In this document: piece after piece, positions 38,359-52,435 of the stretch
Position numbering within the stretch: position 1 is the stretch's first letter
Layout of the letters: each line of letters begins with the position of its first letter
Source of the DNA: Vitrella brassicaformis CCMP3155
Lineage: Eukaryota > Protista > Chromerida
Length of the DNA stretch: 64,000 bases
Reading direction: 5' to 3'
Assembly: GCA_001179505.1 (NCBI GenBank)
Contig: CDMY01000366.1
Span: 62,001 to 126,000 of the forward strand
Made by a program: the position numbers and the translations under genes
Notes under the pieces: model-generated
The model's input: only the letters and a program-made list of their open reading frames with translations
Databases searched by the model: none
What the model was told of the DNA's origin: nothing

Positions 38359-40476
38359 ATGGGCAAGGACAAGGTGTCTGACAGCCTGGTCGCCCTCAAG
38401 CGCGCCCGGGCAGGCAACGAGAAGCGCACAGAACAGCAGACGGTAGGTACGACACACCTGTTTGTTGTCCATCCATCCATCCCACTGCTGTCCTGTCCCT
38501 GTGTGTGTGGTGATGCATCCATGCATCCACCATCCTTTGCTGGTCCATCCGTCCATTCAATTCAGGATGCTGACGACGTAGCGCCTCTGTATGAGGAGGT
38601 AGATGACGAGGAGTACCGTCGGCGGCGGGCGGTGGGCGACTTTGTGGAGTTCGAGGGCGGCGAGACCCACGGCTATGGGGATGACGACGACATCGAATAC
38701 GACGACTGGGAGGCAGAACGCAAACACGAGGAGCAGCTCGACGAACGGGAGAGGAGAAAGGCATCAAAGAGAGATCATGGTGAGTACTGCATCGAAACAG
38801 AGCTACGGCTGGGTGCACTCGCTTACTTTGCGTACGTACCTGTGGCTGTGGTACGTGTGTGGGTATGGGTATGGATGGGTATGTGTCCACAGGCCGTGTG
38901 GGTGTGGGTAACAAGGGCGGCCACCACCGTCGGAAGGACCCCGCTGCTGACGCCAAGGGCATGCAGAAGATCTCCACACACTTCGCCCGCATGGCGGCGT
39001 CTGCTCCCGCACACAAACCCGCCAACCTGCCCAAGACGGGTCGCTCCGCCGCCGCCGAACGAGAGGTGCAGGCGGAAATGGAGCGTCTTGAGAAGGACGC
39101 CGCACCGGACGCCCCGGCCCCTACCCACCCCCACTCCTCGTCGGGGATGCTGGACAGCGCGTCGCATCACTCTGCGGGCTTCCAGCAGCAGTTTGCGGCG
39201 GCCATGATGGGGATGGGGATGGGCGGCGGGATGGGCGGCCTCGGCATGGGGGTGCCGGGCATCGGCAGCATCGGAGGCCTCATGGGGCTCAGCACACTCA
39301 TGGGCATGGGCGCCATGCATGGCGGCGCGGGCGGACTCATGCCTGGCGGCAACCCATTGCAGATCAACATGGGCACCTCGGGGGTGCCGACGGCCGTCAA
39401 TCGCACACCCGGCTACCAGTCGCCCATGGCAGCTCCGGCGCCTGAGGAGGGTATCAAGGGCGACCAGCAGCAGCAGGACCGTGATGGTGATGGCGGTCGT
39501 TTCGACAATGATGTAGATATGGCTGATGCGGCGGGGGGGCAGGATGGAGGGCATGACGGCGGCGATGGCGGCTATGGCGCCCCGCCCGGCCCGCCTGATG
39601 TCGATATGGAGCCCCCGCAGCCACCTGCCGCACCGAGGGAGCCTGCACCGTGTACGCAGACAGAAGACGTAGAAAGACACCAATCACACACACGTCAGTC
39701 AACACATGTGTGTGGCTGTGCTGTATGTGTGCAGCGATGCCGATGTCTGGGCTTGAGGTGTTTGACGAGCCCGCTGTGCCACAGCCGTCGTCCAACGGCC
39801 GGCCGGCCAGTGGCAGTGGCGACGCGGCCGCCGGCGACCGAGATCCGCTGCCGGTGTGCGACGACGGCACGCTGCCCTTCTACATCCTCGATGCACACGA
39901 GGAGGACAGGACTGGCACCGTCTACCTGTTCGGAAAGGTCGGTGGGTCGGTGGGACCGACCCATCACACAAGCACCCGACCGCCGATCCATCCATCCATC
40001 CATCCTTTGATGTGTGTCTGTGTGTCTGTGTGTGTGTCTGTGTAGGTGTGGGAGAGGGCGGCGAAGGGGTCTAGTGCGAGGCAGCCGCTGGTTCCGCCTC
40101 GGTCGTGTTGTGTGGTGGTCCGTAAGATCAGCCGCAACCTGTTTGTGCGTGCGGGTGAGCAGCCTGACGAGGAGGGCGAGGTGCAGCAGGTCTGCGGCGA
40201 GGTCTACAGGGAGTTCAAGGAACTCAGGGAGCGGGCCGGCATCAAAAACTTCAAAGTCAGAACAGAAAAGACAGACGGAGGGAGGGAGGTGGAGAGAGGG
40301 GCATGGCTGCATGGCTGCCTCGTGTGTCAGTGCAAGCCGGTGCGTCGCAACTATGCGTTTGAGCGGGAGGGCATGACGCGCGGCGACCAACAACTCTTCC
40401 TCAAGGTAGGGTAGGTACCGACCGCAGGAGACGCACTCACGCAATGGGCCGGCAATACCATATGTATTTGTGGTTG

Positions 40477-40509
<33 letters not shown>

Positions 40510-43500
40510 CAGGTGCAATACTCAGCTGACCAGCCCATGTTGAAGGCCGACGCCACTGGCGAGCACTTCACGCACATATTCGGCACCACTACATCCCTTG
40601 TCGAGACACTTATTGTGCGTAAGACACACAGGGCAGGGCAGGGCAGGGCAGGGCACGCAGGAAAGACAGATTGACAGACAGACAGACAGACAGATTGGCA
40701 TGGCACCAAAGGAGGGAGGGAGGTGCTGTTGTGTGTGTGTGTGTGGTGGCTGCAATGCAGGTGAAGCGTCGGATCTACGGCCCGTGTTGGCTTAAGGTCT
40801 CCGACTTCACACAAGTCACCGAGGGCATGCAGTCATGGTCCGCACCCCTCCCCCCTCCCCCCCATGCCATGCACACCACGCCATCACCCCCCTGTCCATC
40901 TGTCTGTCTGTGTGTGCCTCTCCATTCCTTCATTGTAGGTGTGAGTATGAGGTGTCGATCGACGGCCACAAGGGCATCCGTCGGTGGCAGGAGCGCAACG
41001 CCGTCACCAAGACAGCAGCAGCCACCAACGGGGAGGATGATGATGGCAACGACAGCCCGTCGGCCAAGGAGCGGCGTGTGGACGAGGGCGACGGCCCGGA
41101 GCCGCCCCACCCGCCACTCACCGTCATGAGCCTCGCCATCAAGACCGCACAGAACAAACATAAACAAAATGAGGTGAGTGGGTGCTGCTGGGGGGGCTGG
41201 CTGATGGGATGGGATGGGGGAGAGCCGAGCCGAGCCGTGTCTGTTCTGTGGCTGCAGATTCTGATGATGACGTACCACTGTCGGTTTCACTGTGACATTG
41301 ACCGAGTGGATGGCTTCAACGGCCGCAACAGGCGCAACTGGGCGGCACTGAGGAAAGTCGACGTGGCCACTGTGAGAGAGACACACACTCACACAGACAG
41401 ATTCATTCATTCATTCGTGTCCATCCATCTGTGTCGTGTATGTGGGGGATGGGGTGTGTGACTGTGTATGCTATGCTATGCACTGCAGCCCTTGCCGGAT
41501 GGCAGCAGTGTGTTGTTTCAGCAGCGGGGCATCGGCACCACGCGAGACGAACACGGACTCCTCTCGCAGTTCATCGCCAAACTACACGTACGTCTGTACT
41601 GACTGACTGGACAGCCACCACCACACACACCAGACCCCAGACCCCAGACACACAGACAGATAGGGACAGAGGGACAAAAGGCACGCTCTTCCCCTCTGTC
41701 TCTCTCTCTGTGTGTTTTTTCCCCCCCCGCACACCCAGGCCGACGACCCCGACATCATCGTGGGCCACCGTCTGCTGGCCTATGCGTTGGGTGTGCTGCA
41801 CAACAGCCTGTCGGCCAGCAGCCTCGGCAAGTCGGCGGCATGGACCAAACTGTCAAGGCTGCGTGCGAGGCCCATGCGCGACCTCAAGTCGTTCCGGCGG
41901 TGGGGCGGGCCGGTCAATGTGGCGCGCAACCTCACCATCGGCCGCCTAATGGTCGACACCGAGAACTCTGCCAAGGAACACCTTCTCTCACGGGTGAGTC
42001 AGTGACTCAGTTAGTGAGTGGGCGGAGGTCTTTCTTTCGCACCCACCTTCCTTCGTGTGTGTCCTCGTCGTGTGTGTTGTGTTGTGTTGTGGTGCGTTCG
42101 TTAGGTGAACTATGAGCTGTCGACGCTAGTGAGCGAGCTGCTGCCGGGCAAGAGCTTCCAGGAGTACCCCAAAGAGAAGGTAGGTGCAGTGCACTGCATG
42201 ACACACGAGCCCTCGCCGAGCCGAACACATGCGTGTATGTGTATGTGTATGTGTGTGGCATTCATTGGTATGTCTGCTCTGTGTGAGTGCAGCTGTCAGT
42301 GTGTTACGACAGTGTCCATGGGCTGACCGATGCCGTCAACCACACACACACCGAGGCCACACTGGCCTTCGAAATCATGGTCAAGCTTGAGGTGAGTGCG
42401 CTGTACACACGAACGGACCGACATCGTCATTCATGTTTTGCCGATATGTATGATCTCCTGCCCTGTCCTGCTGTTTTGATGTGTGTGTGCAGCTGTTGCA
42501 GTTGAGTCGGCAGCTGACGACCCTCGCAGGCAACCTCTGGTGGAGAACTCTGCAGAGCCAACGGTAGGTACCTACACCCATCCATCCATCCATCCATCCC
42601 GCTTCATGTATGTATCAGTGCCGAGCGCGTGGAGTATCTGCTGCTGCACGAGTTCCACGAGAAGAAGTACGTCTGCCCCGACAAGAAGGACTTCAAAGCC
42701 AAAGACAAAAAGACCGCAGCTTCAGCCAAGAAGAAAGGCAAGGGCAAGAAGGGCAAGGGCAAACAGAACCAAAACCAACAGCAGCAGCAGCAGCAGCACG
42801 ACGGCGACGGCGACATGGCGATGTATGAGGACATGGTAGACGAGATGCTGGCTGGTGCGGACGAGGGGGCCGGGGGAGATGAAGACGAGCCGGGGGACGC
42901 AGGAGGTGGCGGGGGGGCCGGCGAACGCCCACACGCCTCCGCCAAAGGGCCGCAGGTCAGTGGGCTGTGGGCATTTAACGCACACTATATGTCCAGACGG
43001 GTGCACTGCCCACCCCACGTGTGTGTTTTGGTGGTTGTGTGTGTCTATCTTATCTTTTGTGTGTGTGTGTGTGTGTGTAGTATGCTGGTGGGTTGGTGTT
43101 GGAGCCCCAGGTGGGCATGTACGACAACTTCATCCTGGCACTCGACTTCAACTCCCTGTACCCCTCCATCATACAAGTACTTAGTACTTATTTACGTGTT
43201 GTCATGTCATGTCAGCCATACTCGGACGGATGAATGACCGATGTCTGCCTGTCTGTCTGGCTGTTGACTGTAGGAGTTCAACATCTGCTTCACCACCGTG
43301 GACCGGCCCGACGAGGCCCACCTCGACGCTGACTTCGAAGCTGACCCACCTATCGCCGCCGAGGCCGGCATTCTCCCAGAGATACTCAGACGGCTCGTGC
43401 AGGTCACTCACATCCACCCACCTCTACAAACCCACATACCCACACATCCTTCCGGTGGGTGCACATGGCGTGGCTGGTGTGTGTGTTGTGTGTGTGCAGA

Positions 43501-46500
43501 CGCGTCGAGCGGTGAAGCAAGCGATGGGTCGCGAGAAGGACAAGGCCAAGCGCGCGACGCTGGACGTGCGGCAGAAGGCCCTGAAGCTGACGGCCAATGC
43601 CATGTACGGCTGCCTGGGCTTCCGCAACGCCCGCTTCTTCTGCCAGCCCATCGCGGCACTCATCACCAAAAGGGGACGAGAGATCCTCCAGGTGACACAG
43701 AGAGAGGGGCAGGGGGGCATATCTATAGTGTGTGTATCTGGTTTGTGTGTGCAGAGCACCAAGATGTTGGCTGAGTCAAAGCTAAGGATGGACGTCATCT
43801 ACGGCGATACCGACTCCATCATGGTCAGTCAGCTCAGCAGCTGAGCCGACACGCAGCGCAGTATGGCACCATGGCCATCCATTGTTTGCTCCTCCCTCTT
43901 CCGTTGCCAGATCAACTCACAGGTGGCTGACGACGGCAGGCTGGAGAGCTTCGAGAAGGCACTCAAAGTCACAAACTACCCACACAAGAGGCACACATAT
44001 ATCATCTGTGTCGGTCGGTCAATTTGTGTGTGCGATGGACGGATGTTGTGGGGTGGGTGTGTGGCTTTGCTTCAGATGGGTCACGAGTTGCGTGCGGTGG
44101 TGAACCGGCAGTACTCAAAGCTCGAGATCGACATCGACGGCATCTTCACACGCATGCTCCTGCTCAGGAAAAAGAAATACGCTTGCATCAAGGTAAGTAG
44201 GTAGGTACCAAGACGACACACACGGATACACGCACCTACACACACACAGACGCACACACACACACACACACAGATAGAGAGAGAGAGAGAGCTTGGGTGT
44301 GTGCGTGTGTGTTGTATAGGTGAAGGACTATGCCAACCAGAAGTTCGAGCGTGAGATGAAGGGCATCGAGCTGGTCAGGCGGGACTGGTGCCCCCTCGTC
44401 AAGGTCATCATCCATCCATCCATCCATCCCCACACACAACGCACACACATCAATACCGACACAGGGGTGCGTGTGTGCGATTATGTGTGCCTGTCTCATT
44501 GACTGACTAACGTTCAGGACTTGGGTGAGAAAATCTTGGATCGCATCTTGAGCCGTGACCCCAAGGACGACGTCGTCGAGTGGATTCACGACTTCCTCAG
44601 AGAAGCCAGCAACAAAATGGATAACGACCAGTACGTCACGTCAGCCAGCCGACAATAACACACACACGCACCCAATCTCCTCTCTCCTTCCCCTCCCCTC
44701 CCAGGTACCCCCTGTCTGTCTACGTCATCACCAAGAACCTGGCCAAGAACGTCCGGGACTACGCCGCCGACGCCAAGGGCCAGCCACACGTCATCGTGGC
44801 GCGCCGCATGCAGGCGCGCGGCGAGAGCATCGGACAGCACTCCAGCATCCCATACGTCATATGCACCGCACCAGTGCCACAGCCGGTGGCTGATGAGGCC
44901 GACGGAGACGGACAGGCGGATGGCCAGCAGCGACAGCAGCAGGGCGACGGCAACGGCGGCGGTCAGCCTAGTGGTGGGGCTGTGAGTTGGTCTGAGAGGG
45001 CGGCACATCCGGCGGAGGTCAAGACACATGGACTTAAGGTCAGTAGGGGAGGGAGGAGGGAGGGCTGTGACGTTTGTTTAAGTTTCTGGGCCCATATCAT
45101 GTGTGTATGTGTCTGTCTTTGACTTGTGTGTGTCAGGTCGACATAGCGTACTACAAGAGTCAGCAGGTCCACGGGCCCATCTCGCGCATCTGCGCACCCG
45201 TGGAGGGCACCGATGCGGGCATGCTCGCCGAGTGCCTCGGTCAGTGAGGGAGGGATGGATACAGACGGACACAGCACATGACAGACACATCTGCTCCCTC
45301 CCAGGCGGATCCGTTGGATGGATGGATGTATGGATGTGTGTGTTGCTTGTATCCCTCCATCCATGCCATATGCAGGTTTGGACAAGTCCAAGTACAGCAT
45401 TCATGTCCGCGGCGATGGCGGGGACGGCGGGGATGAGGTCGACCCGCTGGCCTCACCTTTCGACGCACTCCAGAAGGAAGACGACAACTTTGACGGGGTA
45501 GGAGACGATCAGCGGCACACACACACACACACCAGGGGATATGTCTCTGCGAGTCCAGGTGGATCTTGGCAAGATTCGATGCCCCTTCACTGGCAAGGAC
45601 TGCCCGGCTGCCGATGTGCTCAAGGTGCTGGACGGATGGATGAACCAAATCGAATCGGACACATGGCCGACCGACTTGCTCTTCCTATCTCTCTGTGTGT
45701 GCGTGTGTGATGGATCAGAGTGCAGAGTTGCGCCACAGCGTGTCCGGCAAGGTGATGCCCGTGCAGTATCTGCTCAACTGGATCATGCTGGCCGTGCGGC
45801 ACTGGACCAAGCTGTACACATACCACGGACGAAAGTACGTCGGTCGCCACACACATGACATGCACACACACCAGCACGTCAAGCGCAACGGGGTGAGTGA
45901 ATGGGCGATCGGTGTCCATTGTGCGACCGATCAGGTGCGCCGAGTGCAAGGCCGACACTATTAGGGTGTGCCTCTCATCGGTCGGTGAGGCAGTGAGGGA
46001 GGGAGTCAGACGGACAGGCAGACCAGCAGCTGAGAATCGTATACACGCCTTGCCCTGTCCGTGTGTGTGTATATCAGGAGCGCAAGTGCCCCCAGTGGGG
46101 CTGCGGGAGGGTCGACGGCATGCACAGCGACTTCACCAACCAACACCTGCACGTACGGCGGCCACCAAACGAGCAACCGCTGGCCCATGCGCACTACATC
46201 ATGTGTGTGTGGTGTGCCTCGCGTGTGCAGAAGCGTCTGCTACACGTGGAATATCTGGTTCGTGAGGGCAAGAAGCACGCGGACCTCATCCTCCCACCCC
46301 CCCCACCCACCCCCACCGGCGACAAGAAGAAGGACAAGGACACGGAGGAGAAGCAGAAGAAGAGATGGCAGCACAGGCTCGCTCTCTACCGGGTTAGCCA
46401 GCCAGAAAGAAGGCCACGCGGTCATCAACTCCACTCCACTCACGTGTCTGCCCCCTGTGTGCCGTGCCGCCCGCCTTGCAGAAGGTGCAGCGTCTGCTTG

Positions 46501-46732
46501 GCCAGGATGCACTCGACGTCATTGAGAGGTACGCAGCGCCCACACACACCGACAAGCCAAGACTAAGTTGTGCCTGGCCCCCGTGTGTGTTGTATCTGTA
46601 TGTAGCATTGGGCGGGCGGCGTATGGATGCCACGCATCCATAGCGGACGATGCGCTGTTCCCCCCTGAGGAGGGGCCCAGCCTGTCCCCCGACCTCATGG
46701 AGGGCAGACTGGCGCCAGTCTTCAATCCGTAG
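38359..46732 (+). CDS. POLA1: DNA polymerase alpha catalytic subunit
   Basis: [11 protein letters not shown]-terminus, [88 protein letters not shown] and a Cys-rich CTD. Confidence 0.96.
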
Positions 46733-46942
46733 ACAGACACAGAGATGCACTGTCGCTAGTTGTACAGCCGGCTCGCTGGTAGGCAATGAGATGCCGTCCG
46801 TCCCGTCTGTCTGTGTAGAGGGGGCGGAGGGGGGGAGTGCCAGCAGCATCCATGTGCTGTCGATGATGATTTGCTGTGTAGCGGATGGGGGCCTTTGATG
46901 CGTGCAAGAAAAGGCAAGGCCAGGGGGGGGGGGGGGGGGGGG

Positions 46943-47241
46943 NNNNNNNNNNNNNNNNNNNNNNNNNNNNNNNNNNNNNNNNNNNNNNNNNNNNNNNNNN
47001 NNNNNNNNNNNNNNNNNNNNNNNNNNNNNNNNNNNNNNNNNNNNNNNNNNNNNNNNNNNNNNNNNNNNNNNNNNNNNNNNNNNNNNNNNNNNNNNNNNNN
47101 NNNNNNNNNNNNNNNNNNNNNNNNNNNNNNNNNNNNNNNNNNNNNNNNNNNNNNNNNNNNNNNNNNNNNNNNNNNNNNNNNNNNNNNNNNNNNNNNNNNN
47201 NNNNNNNNNNNNNNNNNNNNNNNNNNNNNNNNNNNNNNNNN
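46943..47241. other. assembly gap preceded by poly-G
   Basis: Run of about 300 N after 20 G. Confidence 0.99.
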
Positions 47242-47645
47242 NGGGGGCTGTCAGTTACTCAACTTACTCCCTAGGTGACTTGACCGGCACGGACAGACGG
47301 AGGGATGGATGGATGGATGGGTACGGTACACATTACACAATGGACAGACAGCCTAATTAACTAACTTGCATCCATGTCTGTATGTCTAAAATGTCCCACC
47401 CATCAGCCAGCCAAGCCAGAAACAAACACCGCGCATGGGCTACTGGAAGTGGCTGGTGCTCACGGCGTGTGGGTCGATCTGCCTGGCGGTGTGACCGTTG
47501 CTTTTGATTTTGATTTATTCGACCTACATTGACCGTCGAATAAATCATATTCCTACACAATCTGCCGTTTGCCTTATACGACCATCACAGCACCCATATC
47601 TATCCCGGCGTCCACCCACCCATCACTATCCATACGCATCCCTAG

Positions 47646-47810
47646 CTATCCCCGCATTTCTGCGTCCACTTCCGCATCGCCACCGTCCGCCTGCTGCGGC
47701 ATCTCTGTCGTCGAGACCGCAGCGAGGCCGTCATAGTGAAGACCATCATGTGGATATGCAATGAGACAGATATCTTTCGAACGATTATCGATATCTTTCG
47801 AACGATCTCT
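47646..47810 (-). pseudogene. possible degraded gene remnant (OTU-protease-like C-terminal motif)
   Basis: The minus strand reads DRSKDIDNRSKDICLIAYPHDGLHYDGL...; upstream frames are broken by stops. The region lacks microsatellites. Confidence 0.2.
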
Positions 47811-48042
47811 ATCCCCTTACATATCCTCATGATGTTCTTCACTGTGGATTCCTTCTTGACCACCGTCTGCGGTCTCGCTGATCCTTTAGCTACGCGCCAA
47901 AAGCCGCGCGAAGCCTTTCATCACCATGGAAAGCCCTTGTGCTGCTTTGCCAATAGCTCTAAGCCTCACAGTTCCGCTGAGGGTTATTCTGGTCTTTCCT
48001 CCCTGAGCATCGAACAGCCCACCCACCCATCTATCTATCTAT

Positions 48043-50184
48043 CTATCGGTCGATCAGCGGCACCATCCAGCCAAACTTGTCGGCCTCTTCACCATACTGT
48101 ATACCGCGCACACGCCTGCAGACACACGGAGAGAGAAGAGCGCACAACACACACGACAGACACACTGATCAGTGGAAGCACCCTAATCCGTCCGTCCGTC
48201 CCTCTGTTGGTACCTGTATAGCCTCTCGAACACAGGCCCAACTGGTCGGCCGTCGGGCCCCCTCACCACATACGTCCTGACATGAATGACAGGCACACGA
48301 ACTGCCATTTTTCTTGCTGGCTGTCTCGCCTCCGCACCCTTGGCTATGTGTGGGTGTAGTGTATGTGTGCTGTGTGGCTGGGCTCACTTCACTTACTTGT
48401 CCTTGTGCACGATTCGGTCGATTGGTGTGATGATGACGGCGGTCCCACATGCAGCCACCTCAGAAAACGACCCCACCTCCTCTTCACACACACATGTATA
48501 CATGGATCGATAGGGTCCATCGTACAAAGAAGTGACATACATACACCGTATGCATGCTCATTCCATTCGCCAGTGAGTGACACGGTACTGTTGCCTACCG
48601 ATTGGGACAGGTCTTCGTTGCGTGTCGAGGCCCTCATCTTTGGCCAATTCCATGAGGGAGAGGTTGGTGATAGAGGGAAGGATCGAAGGCGACTCGGGTG
48701 TCACATACCTATCAGTCAGCACACAGAGGGGAAAGTGACACATGAGACAGACATACGCGTGCTTGAGTAGGTCACGTGACACAGACTCGGTCAGTCCCTC
48801 CCTCCCTCACGTGTTGCCATCTTGTGTGACAGCGATGAAGTTGCTGGTGGAGAATTCATCAATGTATCGATTCTCCTTGGCGTCCAAATACAAGGCAATC
48901 GGAAATCTGACATGAGCACCGCACATGGAAGGCGGATTGACATGTGTGTGGGCCACCGACCCGCCGCCGGATTTCTGGTGCACTCAGCTCACCCTTTGCT
49001 CTTGCCGATGGAGTTGGGCAATAGGTCGGCGGCATAGTTGCCCGCCACCTTGTATGCGCCCACCCCCTGAGGCGCCGCCCTGTCGTAGCCCTCAACCACC
49101 CACGCAGACACCTACATAAACCACATCCGCATACAAACATACCGACACGACAGACACCGGTACGGACAGCACGTGCAGATGAGATGGATGATGCCCTGTA
49201 GTCGTTTGTTTCGTCAGGCATGCATCCATCCCGGTGAGTGCTGGATCGATGACTGACTGACCGGCTGCAGCCCTCCCTTGTAGTAGTCGCCCACGGGGAT
49301 GACCATGACAAAGAAGGTGTACTCCTCCGCAGGCTGGACGCCGATGCGAGGCGAGGAGCCGATGAGGACGGGCCGGAGGTACAGCGACCCTCCCGTTCCG
49401 TATGGAGGCACATAGGCAAGATTCGCCAAGACCGCTTGACGACACGCCTGCACATCATAAAAATATGGACAGGAGAGATGGGCGTGGCCTGTTTGTTGTG
49501 TGTGGCATCGCTACGATGCCTACATAGATGAAGATGTTCTCAGGGACGGGGGGCATCATCAGCCGTTCTGCGCTCCGCTGCAGACGCCTATGGATAGACC
49601 CAGTTCACGAGGATGGTCGATGAATGGGAAACTAGCTGCCCAGGACGAATATCTAGATTGCTCACCGGGCGTTGTCGAGCGGTCGAAACATCCTGACCTT
49701 CCCGTCCTTACAGTGGAAAGCCTTCAGCCCCTCAAACGCCTTGACGCGCCACCCACGGCAGACCACACACACACATGCACCGCACCCGCATCCCCACCAA
49801 TCGAGTGCTGCGTGTGTGTGTGCGTGGTCTCACCGCCTGGCCATAATGCAGTGCAGTTGCCCCGACATGCAGACTGATGTAGGGCTCCTGCTCCATTCTG
49901 CCATCGTCCCAGCCCTTCTCGGCTGTGTAGCGATAGACACAGTAACCGTCCGTCGGCAGATACTCGAACCTGAGCGCCTCCCAGTCAAGGTTGGCAGTGC
50001 CAACCAGGCTTTCCTCTGTCGCAACAGCACGGAATGGCGTCCGCCGGCGGTTGATCTCTTTGCTGAGGCGAGGCAGGGGCGAGAGGAAGGCTGGCTGGTG
50101 AGCCTTGATCGTTGATGCAGCTGCCAGATGGATGGCCGTCAGGATCAGTAGCAGATGCGGTGTTCTCCATTCGCCATGACCCAT
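48043..50184 (-). CDS. ilvE: branched-chain amino acid aminotransferase with bipartite plastid-type leader
   Basis: ALHYGQ..FEGLKAF..DGKVRMFRP, GSLYLRPVLIGS, GVGAYKVAGNYA (PLP Lys), SILPSITNLSL, EVAACGTAVIITPI and RGIQYGEEADKFGW. Confidence 0.93.
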
Positions 50185-50635
50185 CAACTGCATTGATCAG
50201 AGGACAGACAGTGATCTGTTCCCTCCTGAGTCGCGAGCTCAGGCTCGCAACGGTAGGAAAGGCTCCTTCTACTGTCCTTGAGCGCGTGTGTTGCTCTTCT
50301 CTTCCTTACAACCACCATTCTAGGCTGCCGAGAGTAGGTGTCAGCACAGCAGTAGCCCGTTCTTTTTTCACTTACCATCGCAAGAAGCGTCTGCAGGGCA
50401 GGAAGGAAGGAAGGAAGGACCTGTTGCCTGGGGCAGGCAGAGCCTTGAGCAAGTGCAGTGGACGTTTGTTTGTTTGTGTCAAGGACTTGCCCACCGCAGG
50501 AGCACTCCACTCACGGCGGTCAGCGACATGCATCACAACAGACCGAGAGGGAGACGATACGCCCCATGCACGTATGGCTGGATTCTTCCTTCTGTGGTTA
50601 ACTGCTTTCAGGTGTTGATGATGCCGCTCTAAGTC

Positions 50636-51040
50636 ATGCTCTATCGATTGCAGCAGCTTGTGAGCATCTTGAGCAAGGCTAACAGCATCCATGGCCGCCT
50701 CACCACCGTCGCCTACGCCCTCTACCTCGCGTATGGCGCGACGTCGTACGTGTACCGGCGATACGAGCGGTGCCAGCGCAAGATCCGACACAAGGACCGG
50801 CATCTCCAGCTGCGGTACATCAAGGAAGAACTGAAGGACGAGATGCAGGGCGTCTATGCACTTGCCCGCTCAAGAATGCGGACGCGCATCGAGTCGGCTC
50901 GGGTGTGCTACCAGACGTCCCGCCAGCTGTGGGCGAGCTGGCGGAGGAGCCGTAAGAAGCGACTGATGAGGGAGCAGCAGCTGGCACAGGCACGCGCCGA
51001 GAGGGGGTGGGAGGAGGGAGGAGAGTGGGTACTGCTATGA
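50636..51040 (+). CDS. small hypothetical protein with one predicted TM segment and a basic helical tail
   Basis: 134-aa ORF with codon-like composition; TVAYALYLAYGATSYVY; divergent from BCAT. Confidence 0.5.
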   Translation: MLYRLQQLVSILSKANSIHGRLTTVAYALYLAYGATSYVYRRYERCQRKIRHKDRHLQLRYIKEELKDEMQGVYALARSRMRTRIESARVCYQTSRQLWASWRRSRKKRLMREQQLAQARAERGWEEGGEWVLL

Positions 51041-52435
51041 GAGAGGGACGAATGGATGGATGGATGGATGGACAGACAGACAGACAGACAGACAGAGACG
51101 TGTACATGACACGATCGATGTGATTGAAGCATGTATGGTATGTATGGTATGCACACGTGGCTGAATGAATGAATCATGACTGTTTGAGAGGTACAATTTA
51201 TTTGTCTGTGCACAGCACACGTGTGTCAAAAGCAGGAAAGGCGGGCGGGCAGAGAAACCGGCCGTTTATGGCCGAGTCGAGTCGAGCCTGCCTTTGCAAT
51301 CGGTGCATTGACGCGTTCGTGTTGTGTCCCCTGCCTCCGTGCCTTGTCTTGTCTGTCTGTCTGTCTGTCGGTCACTCCTCTGACTGTGTACGAACGTACT
51401 TACCAGTGATATGCACTGACTGATACCCAACAAGCCTGCCTGCCTGCCTATCTCTGTCTGTTCATTCATCATTGTATAAATGTATGTCTGTATGCCATGG
51501 CCTTGGCGTGTCAAGTGAGTGGCTTTATGGCGGCTCGGCTTGTGTAGGATAGCTAGATGAACGACCGACTGATGGATTGCCGATGGTCGGTCGGTTTTTG
51601 CAGATGAACGACAGACACATATCTATCTATCTATCTGCGTGCGTGTGCTGCGTGCATGTCTTGATGAATTGCGTCGATCACACATGGACGACTGCAGTGC
51701 CAGCTAAAGGTTCTCATGTCGCCAAACACATCTACGGGCAACCCTGACCCTCACCACTGCGGCCACTTGAGCTGCTTGATCTCTCTCACCACCGGGCGCC
51801 TCTTAGCCCCCGCTGAGATGTATATGTCAGGTCGGTCAAGGTCTCTTCCACCATACACCCACCCCCCACCCACCCACCCACACACATGCATTCAGTACGT
51901 CCCACTCACTGGTAAAAGGATGCTGCACACGAATGAAGGCGCCAAGCAGAGAGAGCGTGCTTGTGTGCTGTGGTGTGCTGTGCTGTGCGATAGACACATA
52001 CACACGTATGTACATGGAACAATGGAGCGAAGAAAACGCGGTCAAACCACTTGTCCAATCACGGCTACACGGGTCGCATCAGTCAATCACGGCAGACAGG
52101 CAAACAGACAGGCACTTAGACAGACAGGACGTACTGCCAGGATCAGCCACGACACGCCAAGCCCTCTCTCGCTTTGTGCACTCCCTTATCCCTCACCATC
52201 GCACTTACAAAGAACGACCCCCTAGGTGCATATGTGCAGTCACTTGATGAAAACACACCAGCCACCCACTTGATGTCATCCACAGCTCCACACGTACGAT
52301 GCTCGTGCTTAAAGACGCACGAGCCCCCTTTACACAGCCATCAACAGAGATATGTACACGACACGCTATACTATGTGTGTGTCCACAAACACCCACACAC
52401 GCACTATCTATGTGACTTGGTGTGTCTAGTAGTAA

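Noticed and set aside
46923-47241. Poly-G run next to the gap
   Set aside because: Typical sequencing/assembly artefact at a contig end.
51562-51593. Small hairpin cgaccgac...gtcggtcg
   Set aside because: An 8-bp stem built from (GACC/GGTC) microsatellite units; expected by chance.
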